From Takakia lepidozioides (taxonomy: Eukaryota > Plantae > Bryophyta), in the NCBI GenBank assembly GCA_030704615.1, contig CM060731.1:45136001-45200000 (forward strand): DNA of 64,000 bases, in the 5' to 3' direction. The notes under the pieces were generated by a model, which saw only the letters and a list, made by a program, of their open reading frames with translations, ran no database searches and was not told the origin of the DNA. Below are positions 14,022 through 24,263 of the stretch, in pieces (the stretch's first letter is position 1; every line of letters begins with the position of its first letter). The translations under genes were made by a program, and so were the position numbers.

Positions 14022-16653
14022 ATGATGGCTGCAGCAGCTGGAGTCCAAGTGGGAAAAGAACTGTGTATGTCTTGCCGAAACCTGGGTAATCAATTGAAAC
14101 CCACAGATCGAGCTAAATTTCAAGCCACCTCGAGGTCACTTTTCGATCGGAAAGAGTATGTTGGTTGGCAATCACCTTTCACTTCATATAAATCTAGTCA
14201 GTTCTGTTTGCCTATCAAGCCGTGGAGATTCTTGGGTGGCGTGCAGCAAGCAACAATTTGTCACCAAGCTAGATGTTTTTTTAGTGAAAATTTGTTCCGA
14301 TCTCCCTCAGTCGTCCTCCAAGAGTCCCAGAACATGTATGGACTGAACAGAATGGCTGTAGAAGTTTCAGCTTTGAGCAATTTCGAAAATAGCGGGGCTT
14401 TGCAGTGTGTAGGGGAAAGGATAGAATATCCATGTGGAGCACATCCTGTGAGGACGATTGAGCCGGAGGGCATAGCTCGAAGGGGTAAAAGAACCAGAGT
14501 GAGGGTGAATGACAGTGAAGCAGACACGCCCTCAAAGAATGGGGAGAAAGCCGCCGAGCAAAATCACGAGATTAGAGTGTGTGTGAACAAATCGTGCCGG
14601 CGCAGCGGGAGCTTACAAACACTTGAAATCTTCCGCAGCCTGGCTCCTCCCAATGTGTCTGTTGAATCTAGCGGTTGTATTGGTATGTTTGCTAACGCTC
14701 CTTCATCTCAAAACCTAAACCCCTGTCATTTCTGTGCCCCTACCCCAAAGAAAGTTCTCTAGAAGCTCTGTGATGGGGGAGGCGACTTATGGTGCCACTG
14801 TCGATATTTAAATTCAAGAATTGTCCGCGGTTGAAAATTTATATGGCCCTCCTCCTTGAGAGTGCTTGCAGTGGTAGGGCATTCATCAGAGGGACTGTCT
14901 GTTTCTCAGAGAACTTAGCCGCACATTCTAACTAGCATCCAATTACTTCCCATGATTTAAGCCTCTTTCAAGACCTTGTGGAAGGAATCAAAAAATTCAA
15001 AGTCTCTTCTGGTTTCCTCACTTTCCACCGAAGCCCAAAGAGACAAGGACGTCTAAGAACAAAGAAAGCAGTAGAACAGTTGGCAAGACTTTTTTTACTG
15101 TGGCTGAACAGCTAAAGATATACTAGACCTGAAACGCATATGTCAATGTGTGGCAGGAAAATGTGGACGGGGACCGAATCTAGTCATATTACCAGCGGAG
15201 ATAATAATTAGTCATTGCAATACCCCTGCACATGCTGCGCGCCTGCTTGCCTTGCAGTGTGGAACACCAAACCCAGACAACAATCTACAGGCCTTAGCAC
15301 TTAAGCAGCAGGCCAACAAGTCCTTTGAACAAGGGGACCACCTCCTGGCAGAGAAGTTGTACACAGAGGTGCTACTTTCTCTCTTTTCCCCTTCGCTATA
15401 TCCCCTAGCCTGCTTTCCTGTGGCTTAGTTTGTGTTTTCTTTTATTTTCATCTGTCGAAGCTCAATTGCATTGGCATTCTGAATCATCTCAACCTCTCAC
15501 AGCATTGTTGATCAAGAGTTTCTTCTTACTGGGCAAAAACTGTGCTGTATGTTGTGTTTGATCTTTACAGGCAATAGAGCTGAAGCCCTCGGGTGGGCTC
15601 CATTTCATCTATTCTAACAGGTGCTTTGGGTTTGCACTATGTTGTGCTGATGGTAGAAGCTCTTATCATGCATAAGAGGTAGAAGTTGGTTTGGCAAACC
15701 TGAATTTTGTTTGTTCAGAGTGGTTCCTTCAGGTTGGTAAGATCAAAGATTTCCTAACCCTTTCTAGAACTTGAACTAGGAATATAGTTTCAAAGAGAGA
15801 GATAGAACTTTGACAATGGATATCTATCTGAATGCACAGATCGGCTTTACGGTTGGCTAGAGGGAATCTTGAGGGTTCCCTGGAAGATGCTAAAGAAGCT
15901 GCCATGATAGCTCCGCGATGGGCTCAGGTATTGATGGCTGTGTACCCAATCCTTGCAGAGATACACTTTGCATTCTGTCCATGTCTGCTTATCACAAGTA
16001 GGTCCGGGGATGGATGGAGGCTAAATTCGACTCTTGTTAGAAGGGGGTGTATGCAGCAGCAAGTTTTGAATTGAATCGGTCAGGTTCGTGTTGATGCAGG
16101 CATTTGTTCGGCAGGCAGATGCATATGCAGTAATGGGCAATGTGATGGCAGCTAGTTCTGCTTGTTCAACTGCCCTTCAGCTTGACCCCTCCCTTAGGCG
16201 CTCAAAATCTTTCAAGGTACATTATTAAACCTAAAGTGCTGGCTCAAAATGGAGAGAACTGAAAAATCTTGTCTTTAGTTCAGGTCGTTTTGCCAACAAT
16301 TTATCTTCCGTAGCTTGGGTATCACCATTCTAGCATTCGGAGTTACCAGGAAATTCGGCCAGATTTGATGAACTATACCCCAGTTGATCTGCCCACCGTC
16401 CCATAGCGAAGAACTTCAGGATCTGACTGAGAAGCCTCATGTTTGTGAGAATGTTTGAGCCCCTGGAAAGTCTCCGACCAACCTGAGGTGTTGTTGAGGC
16501 TGCTTTTAGAGTGAGAATAGTTACAATAGTAGATAGGTGGTATGTGCATGGCCAGTATGAGCAACACTATCTGACATCCTTCTGTGTACTGCTTTGCAGA
16601 AGAAATACGACGAACTTAAATCAAGGGTAGCTCCAGCAGGCGCATCTGCATAA
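14022..16653 (+). CDS. Plastid-targeted thioredoxin-like [2Fe-2S] ferredoxin + TPR domain protein (ENA1/At3g17668-At3g17670-like fusion), ~6 exons
   Basis: EIRVCVNKSC..SGCI/GKCGRGPNLVILP gives Cx4C...Cx3C. TPR helices follow: ALALKQQANKSFEQGDHLLAEKLYTE/AIELKP..IYSN/RSALRLARG..EDAKEA..IAPRWAQ/AFVRQADAY. Final exon KKYDELKSRVAPAGASA* ends at 16653. Confidence 0.85.
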
Positions 16654-17451
16654 CTTGAAAGGTGAGGACCTTTTCGCCTCTTGAGAGGTTTACATGCAAT
16701 TTCTACAAAGCAGTGGGCAGCTGTGAAATTGACAACAGAAGCAGAATGATTGAACACTCGGGTTGGGATCTTCGTATTCCTACCTTCCAGTGATCTTTCA
16801 AACATAACTGGTTGTCAGTTACTTCAGTACAGGGGATCAGAGGATTCAGCAGTCTCAAGTTTGTACATGGCAGGTATATTTGAATCGTTGAAGATGCAAG
16901 GACAAAAAGTAGTATAATGCTGGTGTTACTGCAAACATTTAGCAAGCAGTCAAAACATGCTCCCCTATAGAGAAAGTAATGTGATTCAAGCGCTTTATCA
17001 TCTCCAATTTGTTGAATAGAGTAATTCAGCTCAGAAGTGGTTAGTTGCTTTAGTTAGCAATTAACAAGGCTGGTTAGGAGTTTTGTTAGCAGTTAAACAA
17101 GGAAGGTTTTTGACTTAGTCCTTAGACTATTTGATAGGCTAACAATACATCATTGAACCAAGAGTTCAGTGACAGATCACCGAGTCAAGTGGACAGATCA
17201 CTGAGTTAAGTGAAGCACACTGAGAAGATCACTGAAGTTCTGAAGTTCAGCATGAGGCCCTGAACCGACAGGCTGAACCGACATACCACCGAGAGATGCC
17301 TTCTCAGTGATATATGTGTTTGTGTGACAATTTAGAAATGTAATGATGTGTTCACTTGTCTTCATTCTAGTGTCCTGGTCTGAGAGAGGTCTTAGCAAAG
17401 AGAGACTGAGCTCAGAGAGCATATAGTTAGAATAAAGGGGATCAGAGTTTA

Positions 17452-17914
17452 AAGGGAGCCTAGAACAAGTTCTGATTGTTTGCAGGGTCAATTAGGCTTT
17501 GTCTCCAAGCTAAGCGGTTTTCAGACCCTACAGTAGACAGTGCTCTTCCCAAACGGTCTAGGGACCAGTCAGACAAGATGAGTAGAGATAGTGAAGCCAC
17601 TAGTTCCACTTCAGAACATGGTATCAGAGCGTGGTCTGGAGGAGATGGTCTTGTCTCAATGGAAAGGTTGAAGGGTCATGCACTAGAGGTCCCTTCAACC
17701 TTTCCATTGAGACAAGACCATCTCCTCCAGACCACGCTCTGATACCATGTTCTGAAGTGGAACTAGTGGCTTCACTATCTCTACTCATCTTGTCTGACTG
17801 GTCCCTAGACCGTTTGGGAAGAGCACTGTCTACTGTAGGGTCTGAAAACCGCTTAGCTTGGAGACAAAGCCTAATTGACCCTGCAAACAATCAGAACTTG
17901 TTCTAGGCTCCCTT
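17452..17914. repeat. Long perfect inverted repeat (~224-bp arms 17452-17675 / 17691-17914, 15-nt loop)
   Basis: Read directly. The + and - ORF translations (17476-17742 / 17624-17890) are identical apart from the loop. Pairing extends with mismatches to about 17419/17945. Confidence 0.97.
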
Positions 17915-17953
17915 CAAACTCTGATCCTTTGTTCTTACTCTATGCTATGGACT

Positions 17954-18021
17954 TTCCCGCTCAAACTGGGCGCGGGGTCAATGGCCACAAGGCTACGGCA
18001 AACAACGTCTTATGAGTACAA
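17954..18021 (+). mobile_element. 68-nt 5'-truncated RTE-X LINE (family A) insertion with 15-bp TSD
   Basis: Identical to the reverse complement of the LINE 3' end at ~60420-60487. TSD TCTATGCTATGGACT at 17939-17953 and 18022-18036. Confidence 0.92.
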
Positions 18022-19541
18022 TCTATGCTATGGACTGCAAGCCACCTGCAATAGTAAGCAACGCTTAATGGACCCTTTAGTATGAAGCTGAACCTTCAAG
18101 GTTCCTCTCTTTGCTAAGACCTCTCTCAGACTAGGACACAGGAACATAGAATGAAGACAAGTGAATACTTCAGAACACAATTGTAGTCACTCCATGAACT
18201 TGAAACTTCATTAAAGGGATACTTAAGATGGAGGTGCATGGGATGATACTTAAGATTTGGATTATTGAGGATAGGGACAAAAAGTAATATAATGCTGGAA
18301 TTACTGCAAACATTAAGCAAGCAGTCAAAACATGCTCCCCCTTATAGAAAAGTAATGTTGCTTGCTCTCTCATCAGCCTAGTTTTTTTAAGCTACCCTAT
18401 CTTGTCCCACTTCTGGCTTGCTGTTGATCATGTTACCCTTGAAGTGTTCATATCTCAAGCACACATTCTATATATGAACCATTTTTCGACAAGGTACAAT
18501 CCAAGTTCTAATGTTCCACAATGTGATGTGGAGGATGCAGGATAACATGCAGCTGCATGCTTGGGAGTTCGGTGTAGGTACTTCACACGGAAATCCATGG
18601 GATTGGGTAAGGGATCACATGGCTCCGGAAGTAGCAATGGAAAAGGGCAAGCACAAGATTGGGGAGTGGCTCGGTGATCCCGAAACCAGCATGATCCATT
18701 GACCCAGTCCAAACAATAAGAAAGCCTGGAAGAAGCGTCGACTTGATGACATAATCATACATAAGCATAGAGGAGCTACAGGCTTTGGACTTCCTGGAGA
18801 GCAAGTTCAGCCACACTACCTCGTGATGACATGAGAGGTTCACCATACTTGTATTCTGAGAATGTTGCTAGTAAGCCCAATGAGGAACGGAGAAGGATCC
18901 AAAGGCATCTAATCGACATAGAACCTGAATTTGTGGATGCAATGCACTTTACCTTACCGGCGAACCCGTGGATACATCCAGAACCTTCCAATTGAAGGAT
19001 AGGAGAAACTCTGCCTGTTCCTCCTAAGATTATTGGGATCGCACGCCACAAACTCAAAAATTTGGCCTCATTGGGACAATTGCACCAAGTTTAATTTCAT
19101 TGGTACCCAAAAGGGTTTGGAATTCTTGTGCAAGAAGTTGGACTTACTTGACACCTTAGTACATGACAATATGGATCTGAACAAAAGGAAATTATGTGTT
19201 ACACAGAAAGTGGAATCTCGTGTGGACAGTGCCCAACATCCCCACACCCATCTCAGGGAATGAAATGAGGTACTTGTATTCCAACTTCATGAAGTAACCT
19301 TCTTTTGGGATGGAAACTGTCAAGTTTCGTTTGATCACCTTCATAGGACCTTTACAGTCACCATTTGCTTACTTCAACAGCTACAAGGCATTTGGTTATA
19401 GTTCATGAGTAATTGATCTTATCTGGATGATCCACTAACTTCCCTTGCAAGCTGCTCCAGAAAGGGGTTTGTCCTTTGATCACCTTCTCCATAGGACAAT
19501 ATTATATCATAGTTGATGCACCAGGTGCATCTGAACAGGTT

Positions 19542-20090
19542 CTAAGTCTCTTGTAGCTGGTGATGGAAATTGGTGATGGCCCTGAGCTCTGGGAAAACCG
19601 AGTCAGAATGTCGGTAACGCTTGTGCATGCTGTGCCAGTGAATACTGCCAGACATGAGCTCCTTCACACCTTGCCCACAGCAGCGCAGAGCATAGGCCCA
19701 AGCTTCCGCATCCCACACGGCCAACTGCGTCTCCAGCTTCAGGTCGACGCGAGTGTAGTTCACCAAGTCCACGGCTCTCCACGCAGCTTGGGGTAGCGGT
19801 GTGCAATGCATCAACACCTGGATTAGATTGCGCGGATTGTCTTCCTGCGTGGAGAGCCGTGGACTTGGTGAACTCCGTTTCTTTTACCTCCTTGGAGTAA
19901 GAGAAAATATCGTTGGCCAAAGCAGCATGAATGCCGGCCGCGTTGGTGAGCTGTTGGATGATGGGTTGCGCGCGCACCTCGTCTGGAGTTCTTGGCAAAC
20001 TCCACGAGATTCTGAATAAACAAGCTTCCAAAGTTTCAGGCGCGCATTTGGGTGTAAGACTCCAAGTCTTTGAAACATGAAAGGTGGCTG
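19542..20090 (-). pseudogene. Microbial terpene synthase-like (MTPSL) pseudogene, C-terminal half
   Basis: DLESYTQMRA*NFGSLFIQNLVEFAK / PDEVRAQPIIQQLTNAAGIHAALANDIFSYSKE (NSE/DTE motif) / NPRNLIQVLM..AWRAVDLVN..GSIHWHSMHKRYRHSDSVFPEL (WxxxxxRY motif). Premature stop, two frameshifts, and the DDxxD half is missing. Confidence 0.88.
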
Positions 20091-21093
20091 GCAACGCCCA
20101 TTCTGTGGTGCTCGTTATTACATGGGATGCAGGGGTTGCTGGTCGTGCTTGGATTGATTTTTGTTGCTATTGGGAAAGCTGAAGCTTGAAGTGCCTTTAC
20201 CTGAAAGTGCTCGCTGGATACGCGCTTATCCGAGTGTAGTGCTGCATGGAAGAGTTTGCATTTAATCCCCACTACTGAGTTGTGATTCGAGTGTTTTCTC
20301 ATCTCCAATTGTAGTGACTCCATGAACTTGAAACTTCGAACTAGGAATTCATGCTAGATGGAGGTGCATCGAATGATACCAAACATTTGCGTCTTGAGCA
20401 ACCTTTATTTCTCGTGTTATCGTGCATGGTTTTCCAGCAAGAGACCCAGGAAGGCTGTCTGACTGGGAACTGTGCAGCAAAAGGAAGGTGTGGGCTTCTA
20501 GTATATCGTAACAGTTCTTAGTGCATCTCTTGCGGACTTGTTTTTTGGCGTAAACTGTGTAACCACGTTGGAATCATGCAGACCAAGTTGGAGGCAGTAC
20601 TGCTGACAGATCGTCACAAGGAAGCCAGATGAGTGCTTCCCGGGATTTGCATTTGAAGATGGGAAGGTATGGTGTCTTTTATGAAATCAGTTCATATTCT
20701 CTCTAGGCTAGGGTATGAGCAAAATCGTTTTCACTATCGTTTCTCCATGAAAGGTGTTCTTTGCAGAAACAATATCATGCCACATAATTGTGGCCCATGG
20801 ATTCATAGGGGCTGGATGACATCTCACGAGATCGGTCGGTAGTTTAGTGCAGGCAGCTCTAATGAGCCTCCCCACCAGCTACACATGGACAACCCGCATC
20901 AAGCTGCAGTGGGGAAGTTAAGCTTACCAGTCGCCGCAAACTGATTCACAAGCACTGCTTGCCAAGCATGGGCAGTCCTGTGCCAGAGCCTGAACAGTAG
21001 CTCAGAAGACTAACTGTTGTTGAATGTAATGGTGCTGCCAATCTCAAAACCTATTACTGTAGCCGTCTGGAAAGTGTGTTTGGTCTCTACAAT

Positions 21094-23520
21094 CTATCCA
21101 TCTGGTTCTGGGTCATCATAGTCTACTTTTTGCCAGAAACTTGGTTCCCATATAGTGCTTTCAAACATTTGATATAGCCCTGCTCTGGCCTTTGTAGGAA
21201 GATATTTCCCATAGTCTTCCTTAAACCACCGTGAAGAAAGTACATCATAGACCGCCAATGTCTTAAAGTCTTTCACTCTAATACAGATCAAACCATTCCC
21301 GGCTGCACAATCAAACTCTCTGTGGGAGTAATCTATGGTTTCAAAGAGATCATTGAACATATCTGTTGGCATATTGGTCACAGGTATGTAGTGGCCACTG
21401 GGTCGGGGGTTCCCACTAGTACAGTTAACCCCAATTGCAAAAATGGAAATTGTATCTGCCTTCTCGACTTTGCGTGTCACTGCATACAACATTGGCATGG
21501 AATCCTGTACTCCAAAAGGCTGAACGACAATGGGACATTGCATAAAGCCCTCAGAGGAGTCTAGTGGACGAAAGGAGAATGCCATAGCTGTGACATCGTC
21601 AGCCACAATTGGGAGAAAGAACAACGCTGGTGAGAGGCGCTCAGAGATTTTGAGGGCAACTCCAGTTGAATTTTTCTCTGGTGCAACTTCAGCTTCTCCC
21701 TCTGTTTCCCTGACGCCATCATCTCTTCCTTCAGAATCCCCTGAGCTACTTCCTTCAGAGACCTCGGAGGCAAGGTGGACGTTTTTATCAACCCTAACAG
21801 TAGAAGAATCCTTGGTACAGCCAGTCTTTCCAGCTTTGGCATTAACCCCTGGAAGAGCTTCATCGGAGAATTCTGTACTTCCCTCAGAATCCCCACTGGC
21901 ACCTTCATCGTGCGACTGTATGCTACCGACATCCTCATCCATATCGGCACCTTCAACGCTTCGCCCGGACGCCCCGCCAGCATTCTCTTCCATATCGTGA
22001 AACCCAACAACGACAGCTTCCTCTATTAGGTATCCTCCATAGCAGACTGCCATCCATGCATGGTTTATGAGCAGCGCAAGACCTGTGCGTCCATGCTGGA
22101 CCGGCATAAGCCTCGCTCTAAATGGGGCTGGACGGATGTACCACCCTTCACTCTTTGCGGAGGACTTGTACACTGCGCACACGAGCTCTTCCACTTTCCG
22201 GCCGTCGTCTTTCACTTCCTCGTGGTGGCCCATGACAACTACAAGATAGTGGTGGCTCAGCTGTGCCAATTTGTTCTTGTATTCGTCATTTGTTGAGGTG
22301 TCCTCTTCTGTGGGTCTGGCCTCCATCTTCACGAAGGATGTGGGCTTGATTGGCAATGCATCAGCGACATGAATAGAGGGTCTAGAGTGAACTCCCTCAC
22401 TAGCACTTGAAGTGCAGCCCGATTGCATTTTGCTGCTATCAAAGGATGCGCGTTTAGCATTGTGAATATCATGTGAGTCACTAGTGGACTGCGTGAAGTC
22501 ATATAGTGCAGGCATGGGCTCTGTGTTTGTGTCAACCGAGGCCATGCTGGTTTGTGGAGTTTTTGCACCTGAGGTTTTCGATTCACCTGAAACACGATGT
22601 TCCCAAATCCTACTTCCTCGGAACGATTTTCCTTTGGTGTACGCGTCTGGATTGATCCCTGGGGGATAGTCTTCATTTGGGTCGAAAACCACCTCTGCAT
22701 AGTCTGGATGTCTCGTGGACACCTTGTCCTGGAGTCTAAAGGATGTGTGACTGGACTTTCTATCAGAGGATGTCATATGGATTACTTGGTTTCTCACAAG
22801 CATCATGCACCCCGTCTTTTCAGTTAAGATCACATTTTTCAAGGGGGGAAGGAACGCGAAATCTCTTGTCAGAGGGTTGCAAACAACCATAACCGACTGC
22901 CCTTCTGGATACAGGCTCCTGTCCCAGTCATCCTCATCATCGTGAGTCATTGGGAGAAGGCGTTCGCCTGGGATAGGAGGCCGTCTAGGTTGGGTCCCTC
23001 CATCGCACAGCAGAAGCCCACCATCTCCTGCGATAACTTTCGTCACGTCTGTCGGTAGAAAACTCAGTGACGGCATAGCGTACCACTTTTTATCCACCAG
23101 ATGCTCGGAATACCTTGCACTTTTGTAGGCAATAAACGTCTGTGTCTTCATACACATGATGACGGGGAAGAAACTTTCATACGTACGAGTCACTTCATTC
23201 TCAAACAGTGATGGTTTCCACAAGGCCAAACTACAGTCGAGGTTGCAGTGTACCAAGTACAGCGGATTACCTCTCTCTAGCCTCTTCCACGCACCGTCCA
23301 GGAGGTGAAGTGGAGCATTGGCAAAAATCTCAGCTATGATTCTAGGTGGAAGGTGATTCCACTTGAGAGGCAGATCATCCAACATTTTGTCCAGGTACTC
23401 GAGATCAAGCTTGGTCAATATTTGGCTTACAAGTAATTGAGATTGAGTCCTGTCATTCATTATTTTGTCCAAACCCTCAAGATTGAAGATTGAGCTCCCC
23501 CAATTCTTTCGTAACCTCAT
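21094..23520 (-). CDS. Atypical F-box-like / F-box-associated beta-propeller protein (808-aa single ORF; true start may lie further upstream)
   Basis: WNHLPPRIIAEIFANAP (degenerate F-box), WYAMPSLSFLP..VIAGDGGLLLC and VVCNPLTRDFAFLPP are typical of plant F-box/kelch-like proteins. Large Ser/acidic insertions. Paralogue at 38473-40565. Confidence 0.75.
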   Translation of the reverse strand: MRLRKNWGSSIFNLEGLDKIMNDRTQSQLLVSQILTKLDLEYLDKMLDDLPLKWNHLPPRIIAEIFANAPLHLLDGAWKRLERGNPLYLVHCNLDCSLALWKPSLFENEVTRTYESFFPVIMCMKTQTFIAYKSARYSEHLVDKKWYAMPSLSFLPTDVTKVIAGDGGLLLCDGGTQPRRPPIPGERLLPMTHDDEDDWDRSLYPEGQSVMVVCNPLTRDFAFLPPLKNVILTEKTGCMMLVRNQVIHMTSSDRKSSHTSFRLQDKVSTRHPDYAEVVFDPNEDYPPGINPDAYTKGKSFRGSRIWEHRVSGESKTSGAKTPQTSMASVDTNTEPMPALYDFTQSTSDSHDIHNAKRASFDSSKMQSGCTSSASEGVHSRPSIHVADALPIKPTSFVKMEARPTEEDTSTNDEYKNKLAQLSHHYLVVVMGHHEEVKDDGRKVEELVCAVYKSSAKSEGWYIRPAPFRARLMPVQHGRTGLALLINHAWMAVCYGGYLIEEAVVVGFHDMEENAGGASGRSVEGADMDEDVGSIQSHDEGASGDSEGSTEFSDEALPGVNAKAGKTGCTKDSSTVRVDKNVHLASEVSEGSSSGDSEGRDDGVRETEGEAEVAPEKNSTGVALKISERLSPALFFLPIVADDVTAMAFSFRPLDSSEGFMQCPIVVQPFGVQDSMPMLYAVTRKVEKADTISIFAIGVNCTSGNPRPSGHYIPVTNMPTDMFNDLFETIDYSHREFDCAAGNGLICIRVKDFKTLAVYDVLSSRWFKEDYGKYLPTKARAGLYQMFESTIWEPSFWQKVDYDDPEPDG

Positions 23521-24192
23521 CAGCCGCCTCCACTTCGTCCTCCATCTTCTCCTCGTCCCCCCCCCATCTTCTCCTCCTCGTCCGCCATCCTCAAGTGACT
23601 TAGACTGTCCTCTACCACTATCTGCGAACTGTCTGGCGCATGACGGTCATATGTAGAAGTGTCTGTAGCGGTCCCCTTTTCGAATTTCGGCAGATCGGAA
23701 ATGAATGTCTGGCCTTCAGCATCTTCACCAACCCTTCGACAAGCAATTCTAGTCCGGACAACCCCAAAAACTCCGCTATCCTCAAGATTCAAATATGACA
23801 GGCAGGAGCCTTACTTGTTTCAAATGCTTTGTGATCGGATCCTCGATGAGAGAGAAAACTCATGTATATAAGCGAGAAGCGTCCGCAACAAACTAGCAAC
23901 TGTAATCGAGCATGAGGAGAGGGAGCTAGGGAGAGAGGTACAAGCGACAATGCTCAAAGATAGAAAGCAATGAGCTTACCTCAATGTACCTTCCTGAGAA
24001 GGAAATGTGGCAGAAACAAGGTGAAGAGAGAGAGAATGAGGAGATGCAGATTGACAGCACGACTGCAGCCGCCACCAACGGACGCGACCCCTGCCCCACC
24101 CAACATCCATCTACAACTTACGTTAATTATTTATCATCTATTCTATACAAGACTTACTATAAAGTGTAAAACTTTCAGATTTAGTATGTCTG

Positions 24193-24263
24193 GCACTGGT
24201 GGTCTAGTGGTAGAATAGTACCCTGCCACGGTACAGACCCGGGTTCGATTCCCGGCCAGTGCA
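24193..24263 (+). tRNA. trnG-GCC: tRNA-Gly (GCC)
   Basis: GCACTGGTGGTCTAGTGGTAGAATAGTACCCTGCCACGGTACAGACCCGGGTTCGATTCCCGGCCAGTGCA: 71-nt cloverleaf with A/B boxes. TATAAA ~35 nt upstream; T7 run at ~24300. Confidence 0.97.

Larger units (their letters stand above)
17010..18177. mobile_element. LTR-retrotransposon-derived insertion with two inverted (head-to-head) LTR+PBS units, flanked by 5-bp TSD CAATT
   Basis: + strand LTR TGTTGAAT(17010)...CTTCAGAACA(17618), then tRNA-iMet PBS TGGTATCAGAGC (17619-17630). Mirrored PBS at 17736-17747 and a - strand LTR at 17748-18177. CAATT at 17005-17009 and 18178-18182; empty site at 20306-20310. Confidence 0.85.
16880..18370 (+). repeat. Local duplicated sequence (copies ~16880-17009 and ~18178-18370, third partial copy ~20280-20390) interrupted by the LTR insertion
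   Basis: GGACAAAAAGTA.TATAATGCTGG..TTACTGCAAACATT.AGCAAGCAGTCAAAACATGCTCCCC occurs at ~16900 and ~18275. CATCTCCAATTGTAGT.ACTCCATGAACTTGAAACTT is intact at ~20300 but split by the insertion at 17009/18178. Confidence 0.85.

Noticed and set aside
17476-17906. Near-identical 88-aa ORFs on opposite strands
   Set aside because: A by-product of the palindrome in non-coding LTR/PBS sequence.
18380-19500. Coding-like fragments on +
   Set aside because: Multiple stops and no recognisable domain; cannot assign.
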